A DNA stretch of 64,000 nt. Source: Yuukianura sp. NJ FZ-2021. Taxonomy: Eukaryota. How positions within the stretch are numbered: the first letter of the stretch is position 1; every line of letters starts with the position of its first letter. The notes below the pieces were generated by a model. It did no database searches. It saw nothing but the letters and a program-made list of their open reading frames with translations, and was not told where the DNA came from. This document shows, piece after piece, positions 48,344-61,700 of the stretch. Where the stretch lies: the NCBI GenBank assembly GCA_046563655.1, contig CM102285.1, positions 13,702,001 through 13,766,000 of the forward strand, in the 5' to 3' direction. Made by a program: the position numbers and the translations under genes.

Positions 48344-49670
48344 TTAGATCTTCTGAGCAGCAAAGTCTTCTCCAGCTTGAATGCTTCTTTTCAATTCTGG
48401 AAGTCCCAGTTCTAGCTGTTCCTTTTCATAGGCATTCAGATTTCCAATACCCAAGTTCTTTTCGATTCCGTTCTTGCCAAGGACGACTCGATTTGAAAAA
48501 TATTTGGCGCCAGTTACATCTGATCGAGCGTAACACGTTTCAATAACGTCTTTCTCTCCGTTCAGCGCTCGAACAATGGAGTCGGTGAACTTTGCTCCAG
48601 CATAGGCCATGGACAAGGTCACTCCTCCTGCGCCAAACTTGGCTTCGAACACTTCGGTACTGGCGTCCTGAAAAACGAAAAAAAATTGGATCAATTCTAC
48701 CAAAATTTTGAACATTTTGATCAAAATTTCAAACTCACTCTCAAGCGCTGAGTGAGCTTCTTGGCGTGCTCGGGAGTCAAGTTGCTAGCTGGTTTGCTCT
48801 GAGATAGGACAGGTACAATAGTAATTCCTAAGATTCAAATCGATCAATTAGTTTTTAGTTCAATTGGAAATACTTGCAAGTATTTTTAACATACCAGCAT
48901 GTCCTCCGACTACTGGGCAGTACACAGTGGTCGGATTGACATTGAGTTGCTCCGCTAAGAACGAACTGGCTCTGATTTCTCCGAGTTTGGTAATTCCAAA
49001 GATCTTCTTCGGGTCGTACACTCCAGCCTTGACAAACATTTCACTGAACACAGGGACTGAACTGATGACCTAAGTTAGTTCATTGATTGATTAATTAATT
49101 ATTCAATTACTAATTGATTTCAAAAGTACCGGATGAGAGATAATTCCGTAGATGGCTTTCGGATTTTCACGAGCACAGCTCACAGCGATGTCCTTGATGA
49201 TTCGAGAGGATGCAATAAATTGGTCGTTCATACTCTGTCCGGCCTTTCTCGGCGATCCAGCAGCGACTATAACAAAGTCAGCATCTTTCAAAGCCGTTCC
49301 GAGTTCCCCTGGACCATAACCACGCACAACAGTTGAAGTGTTGATGTGTGACAAGTCGGCAGCGACTCCAGGAGAGTGCAAAACGTCATACAGGGAGAGC
49401 TGACTAATCAGGGGCATTTGTTTCAGAAAGAGACACAGAGGCTGGCCAATGCCTCCGCTGGCTCCAAGCACTGCGACCTTTGACCCCTTCACCTACATAA
49501 CAAGGTCAAACATCATTTTCAATTTTTCCAAAATTGTTTCAAAAAAGTTCAAAAAAGTTGAAAAACTCAAAATTTTTGGAAATCATTGACCTCACCTGAT
49601 TTGTAGTGGCGAAGCCTCGGGCAGCAAAGACCAGAGTAGGTCGCACTCCTTTTGGCAAAATTGACAACAT
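48344..49670 (-). CDS. Mitochondrial malate dehydrogenase-like protein with degenerate active site
   Basis: Presequence MLSILPKGVRPTLVFAARGF, KVAVLGASGGIGQPL, PGVAADLSHINT, GVYDPKKIFG, VVGGHAG, TLSMAYAG, LGKNGIEKNLG. Intact multi-exon frame. Confidence 0.92.
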
Positions 49671-50187
49671 TTCGGATAATGCTCTTCAATTTCCGAACTT
49701 TCCTGAAAAAAATCCTGGAAGAAACAAAATTCAGTTAATAATTGGTTAGACAAAGTTTGAAAACAGAATTATGGAAGCTTTCCGATTTTTACAACTCAGA
49801 AACAGGAAACTTACTTCGTCGAGTTTTTTAACTTTTGTGGTGATTAGGGTTGATTAGTGTTCAATCTAACTACATAAGGGAATGAAGGAAATCCGCGTGC
49901 AAGACTCACTGTGTCCTCTTTCAATGGAAAGTGCATGGGCATGGTGAAACCAATGCTATTTTTTGTTGTGCTTTGAGGACTGGAAAGAACCAGGGGTGGG
50001 AGTTCACATACATTTCTCCAAGCACAGACTTTTTCTCTCTTCACAATCTCAACTTGGAGCAAAAAATGAAAACACGAAAATTCGGCAGAAGTAAAACGGA
50101 ATTGCATCCGCTGTATCCTTCTTAATTCGTACTCGGATATCTTTTGTTTTGACTTTTGTCTGACAATCCAGTTACATACGCAATAGC

Positions 50188-50226
50188 CTAGGTTTTTCAT
50201 TTGCCGAAGGCAAATGAAAAGCCTAG
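50188..50226. repeat. 18-bp-stem hairpin with GAA loop
   Basis: ctaggtttttcatttgcc-gaa-ggcaaatgaaaagcctag (one G-T pair). Confidence 0.7.
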
Positions 50227-50696
50227 TTTAAGATATTTTTGTTTGTCAACATTCGAGAGTAGTCTTTTGGCATGAAGATGTGCGTAGACTAAATTTTTTT
50301 GTGGTAGCTGGGCTCTCTTGGGTTGGTGTTGGTGAAGGTCAGGAACTTAAAAAGATCAATACCTTACCAACAACTTCTTCTCATAGCAGATCCAGCAGCC
50401 AAGTGCTTAGCATTTTTTTGTAACTTGTAAGTTCTAGCCGAGTAGCAAAGCTAAAAATGGACTAGACGAGTGAAGAGGCGAGAAAATTATCGACTTTTGC
50501 GCAACAGATTATTCTCACTTGGTATAAGATTTCACTTGTTTAGAGAGATAGAAAAATGCAACGTTAAAATTCAAGTTACTTTTGAAATGGATTCATACCT
50601 TTATTCAATTGATCGACAAATGACCAACCAACCAAACTTTGCGAAGCAACTGAAGAGTGAAGATTACTTTTGTCGACATTGAATTCTGTAAAAATG

Positions 50697-51848
50697 TTAC
50701 TTGATGTTAACGTTCGTCAATGATGGAGATGAGACGACTCCTTTTCCTTTGACTTCGAATGCAATTCCCTTGTAAGTTGCCACTTTCTGGTCATTCGTCT
50801 TGAGGTCAGGAGCAACTGTCTCGAAAATCTTCTTCTTTGGATTCAGCACTGGATCGGCATTGCGAGTAATTCCTTCGAAGTGTATCAAATCACCGGGAAC
50901 ACTTCCAGGAGGCGGAGTTAAAATTTCAACCTTCTCGGGACTACTGGCACACATCACCATTGCTTCGGACGTCACTCCACGCATCTTCGCTGGTTTCAAG
51001 TTGCATAAAAGAACGACAATCCGATTTCGCATTTCTTCTAGAGGAACATGCTTCACCTGAAATTCGAACAACAAAATTTCTTTTTAAATCAGCGATTTGC
51101 TTATTTCCAGGTTCCAGTTTTGAAGTACTGGTTGAAGAACGTAAATTGTATCTATGTTTAAATAATTACCAATCCACTGACGACTGTTCTTGGATTTGGT
51201 TCTCCAACGTCAACTTTTTCTACGTACAGTGAATCTGCATCCGGATGACGGTCACACTCGATGATCTTCCCAATACGAAAGTCCAATCTCCCAACATCAA
51301 CGACTTCTTCGGCTGCTGGTGCTGGTGCCGATTGGCCCTTTGGTTTCGCTCCACCTTCTTTCTTTGCAGCATTCTTATTAGACGGCGGTGGTGCTACTGC
51401 AGCAGCTTCTTCTTTCGGTTTTGCCTGGGTTTCAGATGACGGAGTTACTGGCTTCTTTTCAGTTGAAGACTGAGCAGTTGCGGCTGGTGCTGGTCCATCG
51501 CCACCTCCAGTACTAGACACGACTGGTTGAGTAGGAGCAGGTTTTTGGATGTACATCTTCCCGTTTCGGATTTGCAGGAGAGTAAGATACTGCTGATACT
51601 TCTTAATTTCCTCCCGGACTCTCTCCCGTTCTTGTTCAATTTTATTTCCATTGCCGTTCCTTGCTATCTTACTCTGGACATCTTTAATCTAAAAATCAAA
51701 AAATCATTTCTGTAAATGACAATAGTGAGTAAAGCTGATTTCACTGGTTAGGTAGATGCAATACCCTCGTATTGATGTCATCAATCAATCGTTCCGCCGC
51801 TTCAGCGTTCTTCACAAGCGTTTCCATCGTTGCTTGAGCCTCGGGCAT
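50697..51848 (-). CDS. AIMP1: Aminoacyl-tRNA synthetase complex-interacting multifunctional protein 1 (p43/EMAP II)
   Basis: N-terminal coiled coil ([26 protein letters not shown]), P/A/K-rich linker, tRNA-binding OB domain [48 protein letters not shown]. No synthetase catalytic domain. Confidence 0.9.
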
Positions 51849-52542
51849 CTTGAGAAATGACAACACGACAGGAAAAATCGGAAATCTAAAAAGAAACAAT
51901 GAATTGTCCGGTAAGTTTTACTTTATAATCTGACGTGACAGCCTGTCACTGACAGGTCAAGGACCAATCATTGACGTAGGCCTCCCACAGGACAGGGCAG
52001 TCGGACGTACACGTAAGGTTTCATTTCATTACATACCGTTTACTCAAAGTCAGCACATTGTATGAATTAGGATTATTGAGATGAGATATTAATTGAAATT
52101 GAAACGAAGAACAGCAGTGTCGGAGCACCGAAAACATTCTCCGTAAAAATGTTATTCTTGTGAGGGCTTACCTTATCGATTACGATATCCTACGCCACTA
52201 AATGTCACAGAATACTGGAACTTATGGGGATTACCTGAGTTGACGTCTCACGATACGTGCTGACGGGATTCTCTTAACAAGACGTGAAGAAGTGATGTAC
52301 TCAGCCAGAGCCAGGTGAATTTTTCTCATTTCAAATGTAGTAAACGCGCCGTCGCCTTGCACTAACAGTTTATGTATTTCATTAATTAATATAGTTAATT
52401 AGTGACTCTTCTTTTGGAAACAACTTTTTTGGAGTTTGTATTGTCCCAAATAGGCTCTTTTTTCAACTTGTAAACTAAAACTCAAAACAAGGTCAAAGGT
52501 CATCATTGGATTGAACTTTCCGTTTGAACAGACAGTAGTTTG

Positions 52543-55095
52543 TCACTTCCCTTTGCCAGGAGGTGGCTGCTTAGGCGGCGGTTGTTTGTTGCGATCCTTG
52601 TCTTTGTTGGAAGTTGACACTGGAGCGTTGTCTTGTGCTTTGCGACCAGCCTCTGCCAATTCCTTGACCTCGGACGTGATCCCACCGACGTCCAGTCGCT
52701 TCTTTTGCTCCCACTTCCACACACTGCCCTTGTCACCCTCCTTAGCACTCACACCTACACACAAACACAAAATTAAACTAAATGAGGAATTTAAGTGACT
52801 GAGGGCACTTGAGTCACCCTTTGGTGGGGGGCCTTTGCGAGACTGGAGTTTGGTGGCCTTGGGATCCACCAGGAACTTGGATCTACTTGCTGCAATGAGG
52901 CCAGACGCCTTCTGCTCAACTTGACCTTTGGCTTGCACATGGCGGTACAAAAAGTCAACGCCACAAGCGTCATCTCCAGCCGAGTCGTCGCCTCCAGTGG
53001 GATCTTGTCTCCTCCCACCACCCACACCCAAGTCCTCCTGCCCCACTCCCAACTTCTGCCTCAGTTGATCCACATACTGCTCCGCCTCCTCTCCAAGGTC
53101 ACTGCTCAACCCATCCCCCTCTCCAGAGTGGTTTTTGATGAACTCTGTCTGAACATGGAGACGCAGGAGATGACTCGGCTCCATCCTCCCGTCCTTGTAC
53201 TTGTCCCCCACTCCTCTCCGGGGGAGGACTGTCTTCGTGGGGAAAGTGTACTTCCGCACAGTCTCCCCGAAAGTGTGGGACTGAATGGCAGCAGTTCTGA
53301 GCATCGCAAAGTACAGGATCAGAGCCACGAGAGCCACACAGGCCAACAGCGTATGGTAGAAGAACACAGTTTGCATCCCGTAGATCATGAGACCGCGAAT
53401 GGCCTTGCATCGCTCAATCATCTTGTCCCCACATCCCACCGTGTTCACGTACAGGTACAGATCCTTGTCAGTCAAATCTAAAAAACAGAACTTTACATTC
53501 TCAGGTCAAAGGTTAATAGTTAATTTGTTGATTTTGGAGGACTGTGTGCAGAGGGGGCGTAGATGTTGTTGTTCCAGAGGGGGTTCATGCAGGAGGAGGG
53601 GAGTTGCTCTATCGTTTTGTAGTCCAGTGGACCCCGAGCCCCGCAGCACTCCAACTGGAACCAAGACAAGTCGTCAGACATGCTTACATTCTGTTTAATC
53701 ATTTCCTTACACTGTTCTGGATGAGGTCGACTGCTCTGGCTGGTCCATAAGCGTAGTTTGTGTGGTTGTTTGTCCAGTAGAGATTGATGTCGGAGGAGAA
53801 GCAGAAGAGGAGTTGGTGGATGGCCATGAAGCAGACGTCGAGACGATAGGCACTCTCCGCCGTGTGGCCCAGGAAGTACTCGATGTAGAGGGTGGGAGCA
53901 GTGGCCAACCACTGGAAAACAACAACTGAGCAAAGTGGAAGAGTGAGAAGAGAGTGGAGTTACCATGAGGAGGAGCACTTTGTTTTCCCAGTAGAGTCCC
54001 ACCACACCAATGACAGCTACGTACACGATGAGGAGAGCCAGCAAAAGGTGGCGCACAGCGTCGATGTAGATGCCGAACAGTGGACTGGCAGGAGCGATCT
54101 TGGGGTTGCAGTAGTATGGCCCCATCACGTCTTCCTGCAACACGTTGAACACCATCTCTCGAAAGGCGACAGAGTACCACCCAGTCAGCAACAAGTATCC
54201 AACGATCGGCTGAAAAGCACAGTTCAAAGTAAGGAGTCACTTCAACAATTCAAATGACATAATTCCAAAACGTTAAAAATTTAGTAGGAAAATCACTCTT
54301 TCTAAATGACATAATTCCAAATTCTAAAACGTTAAAAATTTAGTAGGAAAATCACTCTTTCTAAATGACATAATTCCAAATTCTAAAACGTTAAAAATTT
54401 AGTAGGAAAATCACTCTTTCTAAATGACATAATTCCAAATTCTAAAACGTTAAAAATTTAGTAGGAAAATCACTCTTTCTAAATGACATAATTCCAAATT
54501 CTAAAACGTTAAAAATTTAGTGGGAAAATCACTCTTTCTAAATGACATAATTCCAAATTCTAAAACGTTAATTTACTTAAAGTGCTCATTCAACTTAAAT
54601 TACTCAAAAAATACTGGAAGTTCAACTTGAACCACCCGTATTTTTGAGTAAGTGGCGTAATTGTTAGCATGATTTGAACTGTTAATATTTTGAGTAACGT
54701 AATTGTTGTTTTGGAGTTACAGCGACGAGGAAGTTGCAGAGATAGAAGATGATGTCTGGACAGATGCAGAGAGGGACGATGAGAGTTTGGAATTGCTTGG
54801 TGCCACCTTGGGAGGAGCTGGGTGCCCCTTGGTAGCGGAACAGAGAGGCCACAAGTCTGGAACAGAAAGTTTAAAGGTCACTGTGGAGCTGGGGTCAGAG
54901 GTCAATGACTTACTTGAAGGGGCGGAGGTAGATGGGGATGCGGATGGGCAGAACATATTCATGGTTTCTGCGCTTGAAGGGGTCTGGCACGAGCTGCATC
55001 CACTCTGGCTCCTTCCCCTTCGCTCCATCTTCGTCTCCCGACTTGGACTGCGCTTTCTTCTTCGGTGGACATCGGATGATGATGCGAGGACGCAT
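52543..55095 (-). CDS. Divergent tetraspanin with long N- and C-terminal tails
   Basis: Exons approx. 55095-54914, 54856-54721, 54209-53964, 53911-53711, 53654-53543 and 53477-52543 (possible in-frame intron 52755-52817). Four TM segments. Large loop with VDLIQ..LECCG, PSSC and GC before TM4. Confidence 0.78.
54252..54571. repeat. 59-bp minisatellite, about 5.4 near-identical copies, intronic
   Basis: Unit aaatgacataattccaaattctaaaacgttaaaaatttagtaggaaaatcactctttct. The first copy lacks 6 nt and one copy has an a>g change. Confidence 0.95.
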
Positions 55096-55766
55096 TTTGA
55101 ACCACTTCCGTCTCCAAACACGACTCACTTGGATGGAACTCGGATTGTAAGTTGGCTACCATTTATTTTGGGCATTTGTTTACCAACAAATGGAGGGTTG
55201 TCATGGTATTTTGAGTGTGGAGGGTGAAGTTGTGGAGAGCAAGATTGCTATAGCGACCATTTATACAAATGGCGTAAGAGGTTTTGTCATAACTCCGACT
55301 TTTCAAAAAAGCAAGAAAAAACAACTTTTGGACGAATTTTTGTCGTTTTGTTCGAATTGTCGATTATTTGATTGTCGTTTATGACATGGAACCTCGCGGG
55401 TTGTCGCGAATTGCGATGGTTCATGTGGGGGTGAGTTGGGAGGAAAAGTGAAGGGAAGGAGGACGGAGTAGAAGTTTTTAACTAAATAATTCATAGTTCA
55501 ATTAATAGTAATTAATTAACAATTTTAACATTGTGACTTCCTTCTTCCCTAAAATATTTCGTTGTAACTGTTGCACACAAATGAGCCTTGGCTAAATGCG
55601 GATTATAGAACAGCAGAGCTAAAATTTATTTCTCGTTCAAAGCGTCACATACAAACTAATTATTACATCTCGATTACAAATCAATTAATTCAAAAAAATG
55701 TCTTTACTCTAAAATAAAAGCTGAAGCTGACCCCGACCAACACATAGATGACCTCACAAGTTGACT

Positions 55767-58700
55767 TCAAACATGAGTCTGGTTGTTGTCATCCTTTCCG
55801 CTTCCGCTGTGATCAGACGATCGCTTTCTAACAATTCTTGTTTCAGTCGTTAGTTGTGACCTGGGTGATATCAAAGTCCTTCCCTCTTGTGACACAGATT
55901 CTGCGTGTGCTTGTGACCCTTGTTCACGTTGTGACACTCGACTCAGCACTGGTTCAGACTTCATTAACTTCGTTTTGACCAACTTAGGTTCTTGTTCCGA
56001 AGTGGATCTCCGTCCACTTTGGATAACTTGACCCAGCGTAGATGCATTTTTGTTTAAAAAGTCGTGTTGATTCGTCAATGGAGCAGGAGCTATTTGTGCT
56101 GCCGAAGTTTGTTGGTTCGGTACGAATCCAACTGTAGGAAGTCGTGAAAATGGAGTGGCAGAAGAAGCTTCTACCGTAGAAATTTCACGAAACGGTGCAA
56201 ATCTTCTTGGAAACGGAGATTCTTGTGGCAGATCTGGTGGTCCTGGGAGGAATAAGTTTTCTCCACTGGACAGATTCTCTGGAGTTGATCCCAGTTCCGA
56301 CTCGTTGCTGCTCGACGGTGACGGATTATCGGATTTGATGTCGGAAATGACACGGTAATATTCTTCCGATCCGAACGCGGGTATCGGAGCAGGAGAGCGA
56401 TACTGCTGAAACGGTTCTGATGGTAGTGATGCTGGGGCAATGGGGAAATGAAATGGTCCGTTTCTGATATGGCGCTGACTTTCGGATCGTTCGATGGCAA
56501 AACTTCTTGAATGTCCTTCACCAGTATCACGAGTACCAAACATGGAACGAATCTTGGACAAACGATAAGAAGAAGCTTCTTCTCTCGATCGTTTCTTCGG
56601 AGAAGCGTTTGCGTTGCGCTGCCCTTGAATACTTCCAGAGGTCGACACCTACAAAACCCCCCAAAAAAAAATCACAAAAATCAAATTTTTCACAAAATTT
56701 TGTATTTTCAGTACAAAAAATCAATGCTCAGCTCACCCTCTTCACTCCACTTGAGCTGCCAATATTCATCAGTAAGCCTTTGGACTCATCTTCACTTGAA
56801 GTATGTGTAGGTGAATTGGAATTCAAGCGTCTTCGGGAATCGTATCCCGTTCCCGGTGACTTTGGATTCATAATGACTCCTTTCCTCTCCGAAAAACTTG
56901 TGCGTGACCTCACTTTCTTCGGTGAATGTGACAAGATGCCTCCTCTGGCGTTCGATTTAACACAAACTTCAATGTCTTTCGGCTGAGATGCAGATCTTCT
57001 CGTTCTTTCTGCCACTTCATTCGTTACGGAAAAAACAGTGTCGAATTTCTTCGGAGAGGCTTTGGAAATACCAAGCAGCGGAGAGTCCGGTGGCAATTCA
57101 GCGCTTAAGGTCAAGCATGTTGAGCCCAAAACGTACAGCACATCGGTTTCGTCTTGGTCAAGGTGCCTGGATGGTCTTGGACTACGACTACTGCGCTTCT
57201 CTTCCCGCTTAGCTTCTGCTTCAACTTCATCTGAAAAACAAGTTAATCAGTCAACTAATTAACTAACCACAAAACTAAGATTGTACTTTGGTTAAAAGTT
57301 AGAAACTTACCCGGTTCGGAGTTTATTGGACTCAGAGTGGACGTTGGTGAAACGTCGCCTTTCAGGGCATCGTCACGAGCGTCGTCGTTGAGCAGCTCCA
57401 GCGCTCCACAGATCATTTGCTCTTCCATGGTCACCTTCAACACACAAAATGACAACAAAAATTAGACACAAAAAACACACCTAAATTCCAGAAAGACGCT
57501 GAAAACAAAAACTGGCGCTAGAAGTTCAATCGTGCCGTGACATAAATCCTTTAAAAAAATTCATCCTTCTCTGCGTTTTCTTGGAGTTTCAATGCAGCTA
57601 GTCAGGAAATCTCAGAAAATCAGAAATTCTGGGCGAAAAATAGTTGCAAGTCCACAAAAATCCAAGAGCGAGAGTTAATTTATTTCCAGTCACATAAAAG
57701 TATGGATTGGGGATCAAACTGAATCAATTTCAAACTGATTCCGTGTCAACTTCAATCATGGGGATGAGTACCTGTTTCTCAAGGACGTTTGGTTTGCTCA
57801 ACTTCTTGTCTCCGCCATCTTTCGTCGTTGAATTTGAAACGCTCAAGCGAAAACTGTTGCTTCTTCCACGACCACCCACTTCTGAAGTACCGGAAGGCAC
57901 TGAGGTCACAGCGTGTTCCAGTTCTCTTAGTAGCAAAACGACTGTTTTGAAAAGTTCCCAATCTCCAAACGTCATGTGCAGAACCTGAAACCCCAAAATT
58001 TGAAACCACAAACTTTCAAAATTTCGAAAACGTTTCATAAACGTACCTGTTTCAACTCGGTCATATCACAAGAGGCTAAAACTTTGCCGCAAATGTTGTT
58101 CTCTTTGATCATGTCTTCGTATTTGCTCAAATTCGAGTAAAGTGGGGACGTCAATGATTTCAAACACTCACAAACTCCTTCTGCTGACATTCCGCCTAGT
58201 TTTTTGTTCTTCAAATCCTTCTGCTCAAATTAAAAAAATCAAGCATTACAGAAAGTGCATAGTAGATTCGAGTATTTCCAGTCCAGTTCAGTAACTCACA
58301 ATCAAAGCTGGATCCGACAGATCACTTGTCATAGGAAGCAACGGTGCTGGTGCCATGCCAAATTGCCAAGCAGGCATTGGGATTCCAGGATACATTTGTC
58401 CAGGATAAAACGGTTGTTGTGCTGCGATCAACGGTCCATTGTTAAACTGAACTGCATTTCCACGACTCCCATTGGTCGCTCGATATCTCAAACCAGGATG
58501 CTGGAGATACGGTGATGGTGGAGCAATTGTTGGTCCCACCATGGACATTGGACCTTGTTTAAAAATTTGATCCAGAGGTTGGTACAACTCTGGAACAAAA
58601 AAACAAACAGAAAAAATTACGAATTGAGTTGAAAAAGTTGAAATTTTTGAATTTTCTACACAGTTCTTATGTTCTTTTTCAAACATTTTCTGACCTTGAA

Positions 58701-61700
58701 TGTCCTTCCGGAGTTGCGGATCCAAGCTAATCGTGAACGGTAAAAAGACGTACATAGTTGACACCAGAAGTGAACTTTTATGAAGTCCCAAGTAAACGTC
58801 GAGCTTCTTGTCATCACGATCCAGACTCACATTGGGGTCAACTTCTTTGGAAATCGGAATAAACGGCCGAACACTGTGGAGTACATATCAAGTCACCATT
58901 TTTTCAAAATTTTGTAGTTCATATTCAGTATTTTAGGAAAATACCGCTCGTAAACTGCCTTGAGCGACATTCCATCATCAAAGTCCTTCTGGAACTGTTC
59001 AGCATACAAGATCATCCATGACAGTCGATATGGCCATTGCTCCGTCACGTTCGTCCAGGTCGTCAAATGATACCAATTAAAGTCAATGTTAAACGCTTTC
59101 AGTAGACGCCCAGTGATATGAATTATGTTCATCAATCTGCGCATCGACTTGGGATTAATTTCAGAAAAGTAGTCGTCTCCTAGCAAAATTTTCTTCAAAT
59201 CTGTTGGCCCTGTTGCCTTATTTAAGTTGCTTCCCACACTGCTGGCAATGCTTTCACTTGTCTAAAAAGCAAAACAAACAAAAATTACTCACCAAACCTT
59301 TCGTCATTTTCAAAATTTCGTAATTCCATAAATTTCAAATTTCTTAAAATCAAAATCTGAGTAGAATGCACCTTGAGACCAAGCCTTCTTCCTTTCTTTG
59401 TCGTTGGTTTCTCAAATCTTTCCAAAGGCATAGCCGATCCGAAGGCTGATTCTATCGAAGCACGCCGAGTAGACAGCTACCAGTGGTAGTAAATTTGAAA
59501 AAAAAAAGCAAAAACATGCAAGAAGAAATAGAAAATAAGAAAATAGGAGTAGAATTATAAAGTAATTGAAGTAATTGACAAAATTTAGGCTAACCACTAT
59601 CTGTGGTCCAGGATCTTCCTCTGCCTTCTTCAGTTTCATCGTACTCTCAAGCATTTTGACATGCTTGACTTTACGTAAAGCAGCATTTTGGAGGAAGAAC
59701 GGCAATTGTACTAGGTTCCTTAAGTACTCGTGTCCTCCAATATTCGATTCGTTCATGACAGCATGGACGTTCAGCTCAATTGCCTAAAAATTAGACAAAA
59801 CATGCTTAAATTCAAGGTCAAATGAAACAAAATTGATAAATGTTGTGACGGGAAGATCACAGTGGAGGTATTTGTTGCATGTTATGCAGTATTTGGCAAT
59901 CTCTTACCCGACGATTGAATCTGACCATCTTCATTACACGCAGCAATGGGTAAATGTTGAATTAATTAGTTTACAATTGATTAATTCGTTATTTTCATTA
60001 CCTTTGCAATAATATGAGGATCAATTGCAAGTAGGATGATGAAGGGAGCTTTGGGATCGCTGAAGAGAATGTGAACAGCGTCCAGAACTTGTAAAACTTT
60101 TTCCTGCTCTCCGCTGTCCAGTCCATCCACGATCACGACCATTCGACTTTGCTTTCCCGTAAAACTATCCAGACATTTGACCTAAAAATGAAACAAGTTA
60201 ACCTTTGACCTTAGAAATTCAGGCAAAAAATTAACCTTTGACATTAACTTTGAATTCAACTAAACACTTTACCATTTCAGTAATTAAGTTGACCTCAGAC
60301 TTGAGAGAGTTCAGAAATCCTTCGGCCTTGAGAGCATACATTCTGGAAACAGCACGCTGGAGATGACGCCGATGAGAAAAAACCACGGTTTTCAAAATCT
60401 ACAAAATCCAATTAAGTCAGATTAGATCATTTCTTAATTGGCCTTTGAATTAAAATGAAATTTTGTCAGTTTACCTGCGCAATGGTGTACAAATTAGCTA
60501 CAAGAAGAAGCCCAACGAAAAGTACACAAGAGTACATCAATACTTTTACTGGAACGCTGTTGAATCTATTTAAGGCAAAAAAAAAATACAAACATTTTGA
60601 AGAGTTTGAAAATTTTGAGTTTTTTGATTTTTTGAATTCGAAACATACTGATCTCTGGTATTTTCGTCTCCCATTGACGAGAAAGCGAAAACAGCAATGA
60701 CGCTTCCGACTAGAGTTGCAGTGAAGCAGAGGAAGAAAATGATACAGTAAGGTACACAGCACAACTTTCTCCATTTCCAATCCGATGTGGAACTCACTAG
60801 AAATTGAAATTCAAGTAAAATTATGTATTATATATTATTAATAATAATTAATTTTGTATATTTTTACTTGAGCTTGGTTTGAAAGCTCTGTAGAGTCTAG
60901 TAGGAAGTGTTCCGTAGTCTTTTTCCAGACATGTGTACAACGAACCCAGCATTTGAACCACCGAATTCTCTCCGCCTGTCGTACTCGAAATTTTACCTTG
61001 CTCAGTAAAGTAGAAACTGAAAACCGAACAAAATAAATTGCAAATTCCAAACCTAAAAACTAAAAACCTGTCAGTTAAAATTTTTTTTTGGTACTTGATT
61101 GGTTGGGCTTGAATTTGATCCGAAAATTGAGCTCCGGGCGGATGACAAAATATTACTTGGAAAATTAATTTCAAGGAATCGATCTGCATAAAAAATTTAA
61201 CTCAAAAAAGTAAACTCAAAATTTCAAACAAACACACATCATGTGTACTTGTACTTACATGTGTAGCCAAGTATCTTGCAACTCGATGAGAAACGGACCA
61301 CTCGTATCTACAATTTTGGAAAATATTGAAACGCTGATTTTGTTATTAACCTTCACTTAATTTTTGTAACCTTGAGTTAATTTCTAAAAACTTACTTGGC
61401 TCTCTTCGTACTAAACCAAACGATGAAGAGGAAGGAATGCACTAGAATCATAATACCACCGGTAACTGTTGCTCCAAAAATCCACCGATGTTCATCCACC
61501 GACAAGCCACAAATCACTCCCACGAAAGACGCGAGGCACAAGGTCAACAGGAAAATGAGGTAACTGAACGTCAAAACAGGATTGAACCACTGACGAGCAA
61601 AACTCTTCATTTCCTCTGAAAATTTCACAAAATCAGAACATTCCTCATAAAGCAAATCCTACAAATTCAAAATTTGTTTCATTTACCTCTGAGTTTGTTT

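Noticed and set aside
50697..51556. Methionyl- or tyrosyl-tRNA synthetase
   Set aside because: Only the EMAP II-like domain and a short coiled coil are present; there is no catalytic domain
54252..54571. Regular repeat array as a CRISPR locus
   Set aside because: Head-to-tail identical units with no unique spacers, no cas genes, and located in a eukaryotic intron
59908..59920. Possible KIDINS220 microexon (cag|attcaatcgtcgg|gtaag on the minus strand)
   Set aside because: 13 nt would shift the frame, and the flanking exons already join in frame
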